Below, piece by piece: positions 1 through 10,800 of a DNA stretch of 64,000 nucleotides; position 1 is the first letter of the stretch; each line of letters opens with the position of its first letter. The translations under genes and the position numbers were made by a program. The notes under the pieces are model-generated. The model made no database searches and was not told where the DNA came from. It saw nothing but the letters and a program-made list of their open reading frames with translations. Source of the stretch: Vulcanimicrobiota bacterium (GTDB taxonomy: Bacteria > Vulcanimicrobiota > Vulcanimicrobiia > Vulcanimicrobiales > Vulcanimicrobiaceae); contig OY968762.1 of assembly GCA_963695225.1 (NCBI GenBank), positions 2,528,001-2,592,000 of the forward strand. The letters are read 5' to 3'.

Positions 1-2
1 AC

Positions 3-1064
3 GCGCTTGCCGTCGCCGATCGGGTCGTGGCGACCGCGGGGATCGCGTTCGATGTCGATGGACATCATCTGCTGCTCTCGGTGAGCGCGGGTGCTGCGAT
101 CCCCAGCCGCCTCACCGACGCAGCCGGCGACCTCTTGCGTCACTGCGACACGGCGCTCGAGCGAGCGCGCGACGGGGGCGGCGGGACGCATCGGCTCTAT
201 TCCGACGAGATGGGAGCCGAGAGCGTGGCGCGCGTCTCGTTCAAGGAGAACTTGCGCGAGGCGGTCGGACGGCAGGAATTCGAACTGCATTACCAGCCGA
301 AGATCGATCTCGCCTCCGGACGCGTCGCCGGCTGCGAGGCGTTGATCCGTTGGAAGCACCCGGCCTTGGGCTACCAATCCCCGGCGCGCTTCATTCCGAT
401 CGCCGAAGAAACGGGCCTCATCGTCCCGATCGGCGCGTGGGTCGTGCAGGAGGCGTGCCGCCAATACGTGGCCTGGCGCGCCGCCGGGCTCGAGGCCGTT
501 CCTATCGCCGTCAACGTCTCCGCCGTTCAATTCACCCACAGCGACGTTTTTGAACTGATCGAGAAGGCGATGGCATCATCGGGCGTACCCTCCGGCTCGA
601 TCGCCATCGAGGTGACCGAGAGTCTCTTCATCGGGAACTCGGACGACGTGGTCCGGACGTTGGAGAAGATCCGCGGCCTCGGCGTCGAGATCGGGCTCGA
701 CGATTTCGGCACGGGATTCTCATCGCTTTCGTATCTCAAGCGCCTTCCGCTCTCGAAGATCAAGGCGGACCAATCGTACGTTCGCGGGGCGGTCGAGAAT
801 CCGAGCGATGCGGCGATCGTCCGTTCGATCGTGCACCTCACGTCGGAGTTGGGCTTAGGAGTCGTCGCCGAAGGCGTCGAGACGGCGGAACAGCTTGCGT
901 TTGTGCGCAGCGTGGGCTGTGCCGAGGCGCAGGGCTACTATTTCAGCCCGCCGCTGATGGCGCACGATTTCGCATGGTTTCTCCAAAATAGCGCGCAGTT
1001 GATTGCGAACAAACTCAACGTCGGCGAGAAGTCTCCGAGCAACGGGATTCTCGAAGGAGCGTAA
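3..1064 (+). CDS. GGDEF-EAL c-di-GMP signalling protein (5'-truncated by window edge)
   Basis: End of a GGDEF domain followed by EAL-domain motifs YQPKI, CEALIRW, IEVTES, LDDFGTGFSSLSYL, VAEGVET, QGYYFS; frame is open to the left edge. Confidence 0.92.
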   Translation, partial: ALAVADRVVATAGIAFDVDGHHLLLSVSAGAAIPSRLTDAAGDLLRHCDTALERARDGGGGTHRLYSDEMGAESVARVSFKENLREAVGRQEFELHYQPKIDLASGRVAGCEALIRWKHPALGYQSPARFIPIAEETGLIVPIGAWVVQEACRQYVAWRAAGLEAVPIAVNVSAVQFTHSDVFELIEKAMASSGVPSGSIAIEVTESLFIGNSDDVVRTLEKIRGLGVEIGLDDFGTGFSSLSYLKRLPLSKIKADQSYVRGAVENPSDAAIVRSIVHLTSELGLGVVAEGVETAEQLAFVRSVGCAEAQGYYFSPPLMAHDFAWFLQNSAQLIANKLNVGEKSPSNGILEGA

Positions 1065-1065
1065 C

Positions 1066-2790
1066 GTGGCCGAACAGATTGCCCGCCGGTCAGCGACCGG
1101 GATCGCCGGGCTCGACGGGATCCTTCGTGGAGGGCTCCCCGCCGGGCGGACGACGGTCGTCGTCGGCGGCCCGGGCGCCGGAAAGACGGTCCTTGCGATG
1201 CAGTACCTCGTGAACGGAGCCGCGCGCTACGGAGAACCCGGCGTCATGGTTTCGTTCGAGGAATCCGAACGATCGCTGCGAGCGAACTTGGCGACCTTCA
1301 GGTGGCCGGTCGACGACGTGCTCGGGAAGACCCTCCACATCATCGACGGGCGGATCCCCGCCGATTCCGTGCAAGCCGGAACCGTCGATCTCGAAGGGCT
1401 CATCGCGATCCTGGATGTTTACGTTGCGGAGCACCGGCTGAAACGGATCTCGCTCGACGGCATCGATGCGCTCTTCGCCCTCTCGGAAGACCCGCTCGTA
1501 AGCCGTCGCGAAGTTCTGCGGCTGCTGAATTGGCTGGCGGAATCCGGTTTGACGGCGATCGTGACCGTCAAAGGCGCCCGGGACGGGGGAGCGATGCCGT
1601 CCTATTTCGGTTTCTCCGAGTATGCCTCCGACGGCGTCGTGCACTTGGGCGCCCGCATGACCGACCGGCTTCTCCATCGCGCATTGCAAGTCATCAAACT
1701 GCGCGGGGCCTCGTACGCGACGGGAGAGCATGCTTACGTCATCTCCGAACTCGGGCTCGAAGTCGCATACACTGCGGCGACGAAAGCCTCGACGCGGCTA
1801 TCGGCGAACCGTCTCTCGTCGGGGATCGAGCGCCTCGACCGAATGCTGGTCGGCGGATACCGCGAGGGGTCGGTGACGCTCCTATCCGGCCTGCCGGGCA
1901 CGGCCAAGACGACGCTTTCGGGTGCGTTCGTCTCCGCGGGGTGCGCCCGCGGCGAACGCGCGCTCTTCATCGGGCTCGACGAACCGGTCGAGCAGGTCTT
2001 TCTCGACCTCCGGTCCGTCGGATTCCAATTGGAGCGCTATAGGGATGAGGGCTTTCTCGCGACCGCATCGTTCAACGCAGGGTCCGCGAGCGTCGACGAG
2101 CACTATCTCGCGATCGAACGCCTGATCGAACTGCACGAGCCGCGCTTGCTCGTAATCGATCCGATCTCAGCGTTGGCGAAAGCCGGCGGCCGCGAGGTCG
2201 CCGATCTCGCCTGCGAGCGTTTGGTGAATCTCGTCAAGGAGCGCGGCATCACCGCGGTGTTCACCGTCGTCGCCGATTCGAGCCTCGGCGAACTCGAGGC
2301 GACCTCGACGCGCGTTTCGACGATCGCCGACAATTGGATCCATTTGAGCTTCGCGGTTCAACGTGGAGAGCGCAACCGGACGCTGACGATCATCAAGGCG
2401 CGAGGAACCGATCATTCTAACCAGATGCGCGAGTTGATTCTCAGCGATTCCGGGCTCGATTTGCAGGACGTCTACAGCGCGCAGGGAGAGGTGCTGCTCG
2501 GGACCGCCCGGATGGAAAAGGAGCAGCAGGACATGACCGACGCTCACAAACGTGCGGTCGACGTCAGGCGTAACCTTTCCGCCCTGGCGCATCGCGGCAA
2601 CACGCTCGAAGCGCAGCTCATGATGACGCAGAGCGAACTCGCCGCGATCCGCGCGCAACAGGCCCAGATGGAATCGATGGCGCTCGACGTCGAGCGGCAG
2701 TTTGCCGAAGGGAGGAGCCTCATTCAGGCGAACCGCCGGGCCGACCCGCCGGACGGCCTGACGGGCGACCCGGAAGGGGGGACGCAGTGA
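1066..2790 (+). CDS. kaiC: KaiC-family double RecA-domain ATPase/kinase with C-terminal coiled-coil tail
   Basis: Two Walker A motifs (GGPGAGKT, GLPGTAKT), SFEES, phospho-site segment VSTIADNWIHL, IIKARGTDHSNQMRE; GTG start after GAAGGAG; overlaps kaiB. Confidence 0.93.
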   Translation: MAEQIARRSATGIAGLDGILRGGLPAGRTTVVVGGPGAGKTVLAMQYLVNGAARYGEPGVMVSFEESERSLRANLATFRWPVDDVLGKTLHIIDGRIPADSVQAGTVDLEGLIAILDVYVAEHRLKRISLDGIDALFALSEDPLVSRREVLRLLNWLAESGLTAIVTVKGARDGGAMPSYFGFSEYASDGVVHLGARMTDRLLHRALQVIKLRGASYATGEHAYVISELGLEVAYTAATKASTRLSANRLSSGIERLDRMLVGGYREGSVTLLSGLPGTAKTTLSGAFVSAGCARGERALFIGLDEPVEQVFLDLRSVGFQLERYRDEGFLATASFNAGSASVDEHYLAIERLIELHEPRLLVIDPISALAKAGGREVADLACERLVNLVKERGITAVFTVVADSSLGELEATSTRVSTIADNWIHLSFAVQRGERNRTLTIIKARGTDHSNQMRELILSDSGLDLQDVYSAQGEVLLGTARMEKEQQDMTDAHKRAVDVRRNLSALAHRGNTLEAQLMMTQSELAAIRAQQAQMESMALDVERQFAEGRSLIQANRRADPPDGLTGDPEGGTQ

Positions 2791-3128
2791 GCGTCGAGCA
2801 GAGCGCGGAATTGCCGGTCGTGCGCCTGGTCCTGTTCATCGCAGGCGAATCGCCGAATTCAGCCGCCGCGCTGGCGAACCTACGCCGTGCGATCGAACTC
2901 GAGGGCGCCGAGCGCTTCGAACTCGAGGTCGTCGACGTCTTCGAACATGCCGAAAGGGCGCTCTCCGAACGCGTCTTCGTCACGCCGACGCTGGTCCGGC
3001 ACGCGCCCACACCCATTCGGCGTTTGCTCGGCGACCTGAGCTCGACCATCGAGTTGCACTCGCTGCTGCGCGGCAGGTACGCCGGCGGACCTTCCGGCGA
3101 CGTCCGCTGGTCTTCGAACGCCTCCTAG
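2787..3128 (+). CDS. kaiB: KaiB-family protein
   Basis: LVLFIAGESPNS...ELEVVDV...TPTLVR..P.PIRRLLGDLS; 4-nt overlap with kaiC. Confidence 0.92.
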   Translation: MSVEQSAELPVVRLVLFIAGESPNSAAALANLRRAIELEGAERFELEVVDVFEHAERALSERVFVTPTLVRHAPTPIRRLLGDLSSTIELHSLLRGRYAGGPSGDVRWSSNAS

Positions 3129-3138
3129 GCTCGCGCTC

Positions 3139-3987
3139 TCAGGCGGGCGGTTTCGGTTCCGGGCAATCGCGCAACAGCGTGCGGCCGTCCGGCGTCGTCT
3201 GCTGGACCGCGAAGACGGTCGCGGCTTTCTGCCTGCCCACGAGGTCGTAACCCGGCGGCGGCAGTTGTAAGAGCGCCGTCAGGTCCGTCTTCTTCAGATT
3301 CTTGGTCGACCAGGGGTCGTCGTCGTCGTTTGCATACGAGAACGGCCAATGCAGGTCGTCCTCGACCGTCTCCCCGTTGCGGAGGTGGATGACGATCGAG
3401 ACGTCCCGGAAGTGGGCGGTCCCGTTCCAGCCGAACGTGCGGTGCCCGGTCAGTTCGACGTAGCCGCACGGCGTCGTGTCGGCCTCGCCGCCGTTCCCGT
3501 TCCCTTCCCCGCCGCTGCCGCTCGCCGTCCCGGCGTCCCCGCCGCTTCCGCTGCCCGCGCCCGCTCCCGTCCCGGCGCCGCCGTTTGCGACGCCGGTGCC
3601 GGCACCCCGCGCCTTTGCGGGCTTCACGGCCGGGGGGGCGTGCGGGGGCGGCGTCGCGTGGAGAATCCGCCGCGCGGCTTGCCCGCCGTGCGCGACGGCC
3701 AGCGGCGCGGCCGCCTTCGCGGCGGGCGCGCGAACTGAGACCCGTGGGGCGAGCGAGGCGCTCGGCCGCGGCGTGGCGAGCGTAACCGGCGGCGGCTTCG
3801 GCGTCGGCGTCGGGCGGCGCACGATCGTCACTTGTTGCGAGACGACGATCTCCGGTTGCGGCGGCGCGGCGTGCCGGCGCGGGATGAAGCCCGCGGCGAT
3901 CGCGTGAACGGCAATCGCAACGGCAAGCGCAAAAAGGAAGCGCCGTCGGTGGTCGAGGCGGCCGAGACGGTCGAAGAAGTCGCTCAT
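3139..3987 (-). CDS. Hypothetical membrane-anchored protein with Pro- and Gly-rich linker (TonB-like architecture)
   Basis: N-terminal hydrophobic helix, PTPTPKPP and Gly-rich linker, globular C-terminus. Confidence 0.6.
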   Translation of the reverse strand: MSDFFDRLGRLDHRRRFLFALAVAIAVHAIAAGFIPRRHAAPPQPEIVVSQQVTIVRRPTPTPKPPPVTLATPRPSASLAPRVSVRAPAAKAAAPLAVAHGGQAARRILHATPPPHAPPAVKPAKARGAGTGVANGGAGTGAGAGSGSGGDAGTASGSGGEGNGNGGEADTTPCGYVELTGHRTFGWNGTAHFRDVSIVIHLRNGETVEDDLHWPFSYANDDDDPWSTKNLKKTDLTALLQLPPPGYDLVGRQKAATVFAVQQTTPDGRTLLRDCPEPKPPA

Positions 3988-4068
3988 CCGAAGAGAAGCG
4001 AGCCACCCGGCCGGCGGATGGCTCGCCGCAGTTCTTCTATCGGCCGTTAGAGGTGGGGCGAACTGCGC

Positions 4069-4365
4069 TTAGGACGGGTTGACGCCGTACGTGCGGTAAT
4101 ACCAGTCCTTGAATTGCGCTTCGGTCGGGTAGACGCCGTACTTGTGGTAGTACCATGCGTTGTAGGACTGCTGGCGACGCTTCTGCTCCTGCTGCTCCTG
4201 CTCTTTGATCCGCTTCTTGTGGTTGTAGTTCGTGATGCCGATCGCCGCTGCGGCCCCGCCGATGAGGATGTTGCGCGTACTTGCCGCCCCGTCCGCGAAG
4301 GCCGGTGCGACGGTCCCGGCCGCCGTCGCGACCGTGAGGGCTGTGGCGAGAAGTATCTTCTTCAT
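4069..4365 (-). CDS. Small secreted hypothetical protein (98 aa)
   Basis: MKKILLATAL...PAFA signal peptide; AGAGGA RBS; motif shared with 5112..5645. Confidence 0.8.
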   Translation of the reverse strand: MKKILLATALTVATAAGTVAPAFADGAASTRNILIGGAAAAIGITNYNHKKRIKEQEQQEQKRRQQSYNAWYYHKYGVYPTEAQFKDWYYRTYGVNPS

Positions 4366-4545
4366 ATTGATTTCCTCTGTTCCCGAAAGGTACGGCTCCC
4401 GAAACTTGCTCTCGCGGAGGCATTCCCTCACTGAACGCACGGGCCGGCTCGCGTGTTCCGTGCGCCGAGCGGGAGCCGGGCAAGGGACGGCGGCGTTCGA
4501 GCAGAACCGCCGTTCGTTTGCTGTTGTCACCGGAGGCCGTTTCCC

Positions 4546-5058
4546 TTGAACATCGAGCCGTTGATCCGCGTCATCCCGGACTTTCCGATCCCGGGGATCC
4601 TTTTCCGCGACATCACGCCGCTGCTCAAGGATCCGGCAGGTTTCAAGGCGACGATCGATCTGTTCGTCGACCGATACAAGGACGAGCGCATCGACATGGT
4701 CGTCGGCATCGAAGCGCGCGGCTACATGCTCGCAGCGCCTTTGGCCTACCATCTCGGCGCGGGCTTCGTTCCGGTGCGCAAGCCCGGGAAGCTTCCCGGC
4801 GCCAAGCATACTGAAGAATACGCGCTCGAATACGGGACGAACTCGCTCGAGATCCATAACGACGCCGTCGGTAGCGGGCAACGCGTCCTGATCGTCGACG
4901 ACCTGCTCGCGACGGGCGGGACGGCCGCCGCGACGGCGCGGTTGCTCGGCCGCCTCGGCGCGGAGCTCGCCGGGTATGCGTTTTTGATCGAACTGCGCGG
5001 GCTCAACGGGCGGGCCGCGCTCGAAGGCGCGGACGTGACGGCGTTCCTGAAGTACTGA
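4546..5058 (+). CDS. apt: Adenine phosphoribosyltransferase
   Basis: [52 protein letters not shown] start after GGAGG. Confidence 0.97.
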   Translation: MNIEPLIRVIPDFPIPGILFRDITPLLKDPAGFKATIDLFVDRYKDERIDMVVGIEARGYMLAAPLAYHLGAGFVPVRKPGKLPGAKHTEEYALEYGTNSLEIHNDAVGSGQRVLIVDDLLATGGTAAATARLLGRLGAELAGYAFLIELRGLNGRAALEGADVTAFLKY

Positions 5059-5111
5059 TCGAAACGAAGGGCCCTCTTTCGCCGTTGCAAGGAAACGGAG
5101 GGTCTTGCTCG

Positions 5112-5645
5112 ATGAGTAACGTTCGAACCCAAAGCTTCCCCGCGATGCGGAACCCCGCTGCGCTGATCCTCGCGTTTGCCGCGCTGTTCGCGCTGTCGTT
5201 CGCGCTCGCGACGCCCGTGCGGGCCGAAACCAGCGGCCAAGCCTCGACGCGAAACATCGCGCTTGGAGCCGCGGCGGCCGCGATCGGGATCATCATTTAC
5301 AACAACATCCAGCACAAGAACGCGGCGGCGAACCAGGTCGTCGGCTATACGCGAGACGGCGGTACGGTCTATGCGGACGGCCGGATCGTCTACCCGAACG
5401 GCAACGTTCTGTACTCGAGCAACGGGAACGGCCGAATCTGCTCGTGGACCGGGAACGGCGAACGGTGCGGGAATCGGCCCGTCGCGTACCACACCCGCGA
5501 CTGGAACGGGCACGACAACGGGAATCACAACGGCTGGAACAACGGCCAAAACCGCAACGGCAACAATTGGGGCCCGGGTAGCGGCGGGAACGACCGCGAC
5601 GGCGGCGCCAATCACGATCGCGGCCAGCGCGGGAGCGACCGCTAA
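5112..5645 (+). CDS. Secreted hypothetical protein with Gly/Asn-rich tail
   Basis: Signal peptide ending PVRA; ASTRNIALGAAAAAIGI motif; start uncertain (5085/5112/5145). Confidence 0.75.
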   Translation: MSNVRTQSFPAMRNPAALILAFAALFALSFALATPVRAETSGQASTRNIALGAAAAAIGIIIYNNIQHKNAAANQVVGYTRDGGTVYADGRIVYPNGNVLYSSNGNGRICSWTGNGERCGNRPVAYHTRDWNGHDNGNHNGWNNGQNRNGNNWGPGSGGNDRDGGANHDRGQRGSDR

Positions 5646-5710
5646 CTCGGGCCACACGCCCGCCTCGGTCATAGACACTCCGAGGCGGCGTGTGGCATCA
5701 TAGGTCAACC

Positions 5711-7888
5711 ATGGCGTACCCCCAGTTCGACGAGCTGTTCGCGCGGCTCAAAACATACGACCCGACGGTCAACGAAGTTTGGCTGCGGAGCGTCTACGAG
5801 CTGGCGGACGCCGCGCACCAGGGCCAGCGACGCGCGTCGGGCGAGTCCTACATCGAGCACCCGGTCGCCGTCGCCCGCATCCTCGCCGACATGGAGATGG
5901 ACCGGGCGACGATCGCCGCGGCGATCCTGCACGACGTCGTCGAGGACACGGTCGTCACGAGCGAGGAGGTCGCGGCCCGGTTCGGCCCCGAGATCGCGAC
6001 GCTCGTCGACGGCGTCACGAAGCTGACCCGCATCCCGTATCAATCCAAAGAAGACGCGCAGGTCGAGAACCTGCGCAAGATGTTCATGGCGATGGCTAAG
6101 GACATCCGCGTCATCATCATCAAGCTCGCCGACCGCCTGCACAACATGCGCACGCTCGGGAGCCTCCCGGAGAGCAAGCAGGAGACGATCGCGCGCGAGA
6201 CGCTGGAGATCTACGCGCCGATCGCGCATCGCCTCGGGATCTGGAAGATCAAGTGGGATCTCGAAGATCTCGCGCTGCGCTATCTCGATCCCGAAGCCTA
6301 TCGCGATATCGCCGAGCGCGTCGCGAAGAAGCGGAACGAGCGCGAGGAGGCCGTCACGCGCGTCGTCTCGCAACTGCGCGAGCGTTTCGCTAAGCTCGGC
6401 ATCCAAGCCGACGTCACCGGCCGGCCGAAGCACTTCTACTCGATTTACAACAAGCTCAAGAAGGGCCGCGACTTCTCGACGATCTACGATCTGACGGCCG
6501 TTCGCGTCGTGGTCGAGACCGTCAAAGATTGTTACGGCACGCTCGGCGTCGTGCATTCGCTCTGGAAGCCGCTGCCGGGGCGCTTCAAAGACTACATCGC
6601 GATGCCCAAGCCGAACATGTACCAGTCGTTGCACACGACGGTCGTCGGCCCGGGCGGCGAGCCGCTCGAGATTCAAATTCGCACGTGGGAGATGCACCGA
6701 ACGAGCGAATACGGGATCGCCGCGCACTGGCGCTACAAAGAAGGCGGCAAGTCCGACGCGTTCGAGAACAAGCTGACCTGGCTGCGTTCCCTGCTCGAAT
6801 GGCAGAACGAGATGCGCGACTCGCGCGCGTTCATGGAGAATCTGAAGCTCGACCTCTTCGAGAATCAAGTCTTCATCTTTTCGCCGAAAGGCGACGTGTA
6901 CGCGATGCCGAGCTCCGGCACGCCGCTCGATTTCGCCTATCAAGTCCATACGGACGTCGGCCATCACTGCGTCGGCGCGAAGGTCAACGGGAAGATCGTC
7001 CCGCTCGATTACCAGCTTCGCAACGGCGACATCTGCGAGATTCTGATCAACAAGAGCTCGCGCCCCTCGCTCGATTGGATCTCGCTCGTCAAGACTTCCG
7101 GCGCGAAGCACAAGATCAAACAGTGGTTCCGCAAGGAGAAGAAAGACGAGAACGTGCTGCGCGGGCAGGAAGCGCTCGAAGCGGAACTGGCCAAGCAGCG
7201 CATGCGCACGGACCTTGGCCGCGGCGAGACGATGGAGAAGGTCGCGCGGCGGATGAACTACGCGACCGCGACCGACTTGTTCGCGGCGATCGGATTCGGC
7301 GACGCGTCGGCGGTCTCGGCGGTCGTGCGCATCAAGGACGAGACGAAGGCCACGAACCTCGTCGATCTTTCGGCGGTGCAGCGCGCGGCGCCGCCGCCGG
7401 CTCGCCGCCCCGGACGGAACGCGAGCGGCATCCGCATCGCGGGGGTCGACGACGTGCTCGTCCGCCTTTCGAAGTGTTGCAGCCCCGTCCCGGGCGACCC
7501 GATCATGGGCTACGTCACGATCGGCAAGGGCGTCTCCGTCCACCGCGCCGATTGCCCGAACGTCGGGTACATGTCCGCCTCGCCCGAGCGGATCCTCCAG
7601 GCCTCGTGGGCGAACACGGACTCGCTCACGCACGCCGTCGACGTCGAACTCGAGGCGCTCGACCGCGCCGGCCTCTTACAGGACGTGATGGGCGTCTGCG
7701 CCGAGTTCAAGACCTCGGCCTCCTCCGTCACCGCGCGCGTCAAGCGCGACAAGATCGCCGTCATCAGCCTGACGCTGTTGATCACGGACCTCGACCACCT
7801 GCACAAGGTCATCGAGAAGCTGCGCACGTTGCGCGACGTTCGTTCGGTCTACCGGGTCACCAAACGTGAGGTTCGCGCCAGCGGCTGA
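5711..7888 (+). CDS. relA: Bifunctional (p)ppGpp synthetase/hydrolase (long RSH)
   Basis: HD domain (LHDVVEDT, KLADRLHN), synthetase (RFKDYIAMPK, YQSLHT, EIQIRT), TGS, CC and ACT domains. Confidence 0.97.
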   Translation: MAYPQFDELFARLKTYDPTVNEVWLRSVYELADAAHQGQRRASGESYIEHPVAVARILADMEMDRATIAAAILHDVVEDTVVTSEEVAARFGPEIATLVDGVTKLTRIPYQSKEDAQVENLRKMFMAMAKDIRVIIIKLADRLHNMRTLGSLPESKQETIARETLEIYAPIAHRLGIWKIKWDLEDLALRYLDPEAYRDIAERVAKKRNEREEAVTRVVSQLRERFAKLGIQADVTGRPKHFYSIYNKLKKGRDFSTIYDLTAVRVVVETVKDCYGTLGVVHSLWKPLPGRFKDYIAMPKPNMYQSLHTTVVGPGGEPLEIQIRTWEMHRTSEYGIAAHWRYKEGGKSDAFENKLTWLRSLLEWQNEMRDSRAFMENLKLDLFENQVFIFSPKGDVYAMPSSGTPLDFAYQVHTDVGHHCVGAKVNGKIVPLDYQLRNGDICEILINKSSRPSLDWISLVKTSGAKHKIKQWFRKEKKDENVLRGQEALEAELAKQRMRTDLGRGETMEKVARRMNYATATDLFAAIGFGDASAVSAVVRIKDETKATNLVDLSAVQRAAPPPARRPGRNASGIRIAGVDDVLVRLSKCCSPVPGDPIMGYVTIGKGVSVHRADCPNVGYMSASPERILQASWANTDSLTHAVDVELEALDRAGLLQDVMGVCAEFKTSASSVTARVKRDKIAVISLTLLITDLDHLHKVIEKLRTLRDVRSVYRVTKREVRASG

Positions 7889-10800
7889 TCCCCCGGCGGG
7901 ACGGGTCCGATGCGCGGCGGCTTCGGGTTGAAGCGCGAGGCGATGTTGCGCTGCACCCAGAGGTAGAGCGTCGGGACGACGACGAGCGAAAGCAGCGTCG
8001 AGGTCGCGAGGCCGCCGATCACGACCGTTCCGAGCGGCGCTTGCGTGCTGCTGCCGGCCTCGATGCCGAGCGCGAGGGGGAGCATCCCCGCGATCGTCGC
8101 GATCGTCGTCATCAGGATCGGGCGCAGACGCATCGGGCCGGCTCGCAGCAGCGCTTCGCGCGCGTCGAGGCCCTCGGTGTGGCGCAGCTGTTCCGTGAAC
8201 TCCACGACGAGGATCGCGTTCTTGACGGCGATCCCGACGAGCAACAAGCAGCCGATGAACGCCGTCAGGCCGAACGAGCGATGCGTGAGCAGGAGCGAGG
8301 CGACGATGCCGCCCAGCGCGAGCGGTACCGCCGTCATGATGACGAGCGGATCGAGATACGATTCGAACTGCGAGGCGAGCAGCATGTAGATCAACACGAT
8401 CGCGAGAGCGACGACGAGCGCGAGTGAGGAAAACGTGTCGTTGTTTTGCGCGATTGCCGGGCCGTAGGCCCAGCGGTAGCCCGCCGGCAGCGAATACCTC
8501 TCCATGATCGCCTGGGCGTCCTTGAGCACGTCGCCGAGCGGACGCCCGACGACCGTCGCGTTGATGTCGATCCGGCGCTGTTTGTTCTGGCGGCTGATCT
8601 GCGAGGGGCCGTTCCCGATCGTGATGTCGGCGATGTTCGAAAGCGGAATGCTCGCGAGATCCGCCGCCCCGCTCGTGGTCGGCGGCGTGAGCAAGAGGCC
8701 CCCGATCGAGGCGAACGAGCGGCGCTCCGCCGGCGGGAGTTCGACGTTGATCGGATACTGGATGCCGTTGACCTGAAAGTAGGAGGCGATCGTCCCCGTC
8801 GTCGCCGTCGAGACCACGTTCGCGACGTCGCCCGTCGAGAGGCCGTACTGCGCGACGCGCCGCCGGTCGAACTTGATATCGACCTCCGGCTGGCGCGCCG
8901 TGACGTTCGTGTCCGGGCGGATGACGCCCGGGATCTCGGCAAGCTGCGGGATGACGCCTTGGGCGAGATCGTAGAGTTTGTTCACGTCGGGGCCGAACAG
9001 CTGGATCTGTAGCGCGTCTGCGCCTTGCGCGATCGTCTGCTGGAGGATGTCGATCGTGCGGCCGCGCACTTCCGAGCCCGTCAGCGCCTTGCGAAGCTCG
9101 CGGCGCTCGGCGCGCACGCTTTCCGGGAGGCTCGCGACGGACGGCGGCGGCGTGGCCGACGGGCTCCGCGGCCGGCCGCCGAGGCGCCGTTGCCATTCGT
9201 TGACGAAGTCGGCGGCTTTGCTGCCGCTGATCCCCTCGTGCAGCGTGATGGAGAGCGAGGATTGGTTCGTGATCGCCCGCGAACTGCCGCCGCCGAAGCC
9301 CGTCCCCGCGATGGCGCCGACGGTTTCGACGCGCCCGTCCTCGCGGAACGCCTTCTCGACGAGTTCCGAGACGCGGTTCGTCTCGGCGAGGCCCGTCCCG
9401 AGGGGGAGCCGGATATCGAAGCGCGCGAAGCGGGAATCGGCGGCGGGGAAGACCTCCGTGGCGACGATGCCCGTGCGCAACGCCAGCACCGCGAGAAGAA
9501 AGAACGCGAAGCCGGCGCCCATGATGATGCCGGGGCGGTCGATCGACCACGCCAGCAGGCGCCGGTATGCGTGTTCGAAGCGCTCGTATTGCCGGTCGAA
9601 CGCGGAGGCGAAGCGCGCGTACGGGCCCTTCGGCGCCCCGTTCCCCGCCGTGGCGTGCGCGTCGCCGGCGCGCAGCATGATGCTGGAGAGCATGGGGACG
9701 GTCGTCACCGCGACCAGCAACGAAATGGCGACGCCCGTCATGACGATGATCGCCAGCGGACCGAAGATCAGGCCTTGCAGCCCCGGGATCAACAGCAGGG
9801 GGACGAAGACGGTCACGACGGTGACCGTCGAGGCCAGCACGGCGCTGAAGATCTGCGCTGTCGCGTTGCGCGCGGCTTCGAGCGGCGATTCGCCTTGCGA
9901 GAGATGGCGGAAGATGTTCTCGATCACCACGACCGCGTCGTCGACGATCAGGCCGACCGCGAGTGCCAGCCCGCCGAGCGTCATCGTGTTCAACGATTCG
10001 TGGAAGAGGTAGGCGGCGAACAGCGTTCCGAGCACCGAGATCGGAAGCGAGATCGCAACGATCAGCGTGGAACGCCACGAATGGAGGAACAGCAGGATGA
10101 TCAGGACGGCCAGCACCGCGCCGTAGATTGCGGTATGCTCGAGTGCGTCGATCGCTTCCACGATGAAGCCGCGCTGGTCGAGCGCGATGCCGAACCTCAT
10201 GCTCGGATAGCGCTTCTTGAGATCGTCGAACTTCGCATAGATGCCCTGTGCGACCGCGACGACGTTCGCGTCCGGCTGAGCGTTCACGACGAGGCCGATG
10301 GCCGGCACGCCGTCCAGGCGGGAGAATTGGCGTTGCTCCTGGATGTCGTCGCGGACCCGCGCGACGTCATGGAGGTAGACCGGCGCCCCGTTACGGATCG
10401 CGATGACCGTCTGGCCGATCTCCTCCGCGGAAGCGTAGAGCGCGTTCGCGCGAATCGTGTACTCGTTCTTCCCGATGCCGATGATGCCGGCGGGTACGTC
10501 GACGTTCTCCTTCGCGAGCTTCGCGACGATCGCGTCGGTTCCGAGGCCGTCGGCGGCGAGGGCCGCCTGATTCGGCTCGACGGTGATCGCGCGCTGCTGG
10601 CCTCCGAACGTGTTGACCGAACCGACGCCGGGCACTGCCGAAATCTCGTCGTTGAGCTGATTCGTGAAGAGATCCGAGAGGTCGCGCAGCGAGCGCGAGG
10701 GGTCCGTCACGTAGCCGCGCACGACCGGTAGCGCGTTCGGGTCCGCCTTGAGAATCTGCGGTTGCTGTAGGTTCGGGTCGTTTGGGAGCTGGTTGCTGAT

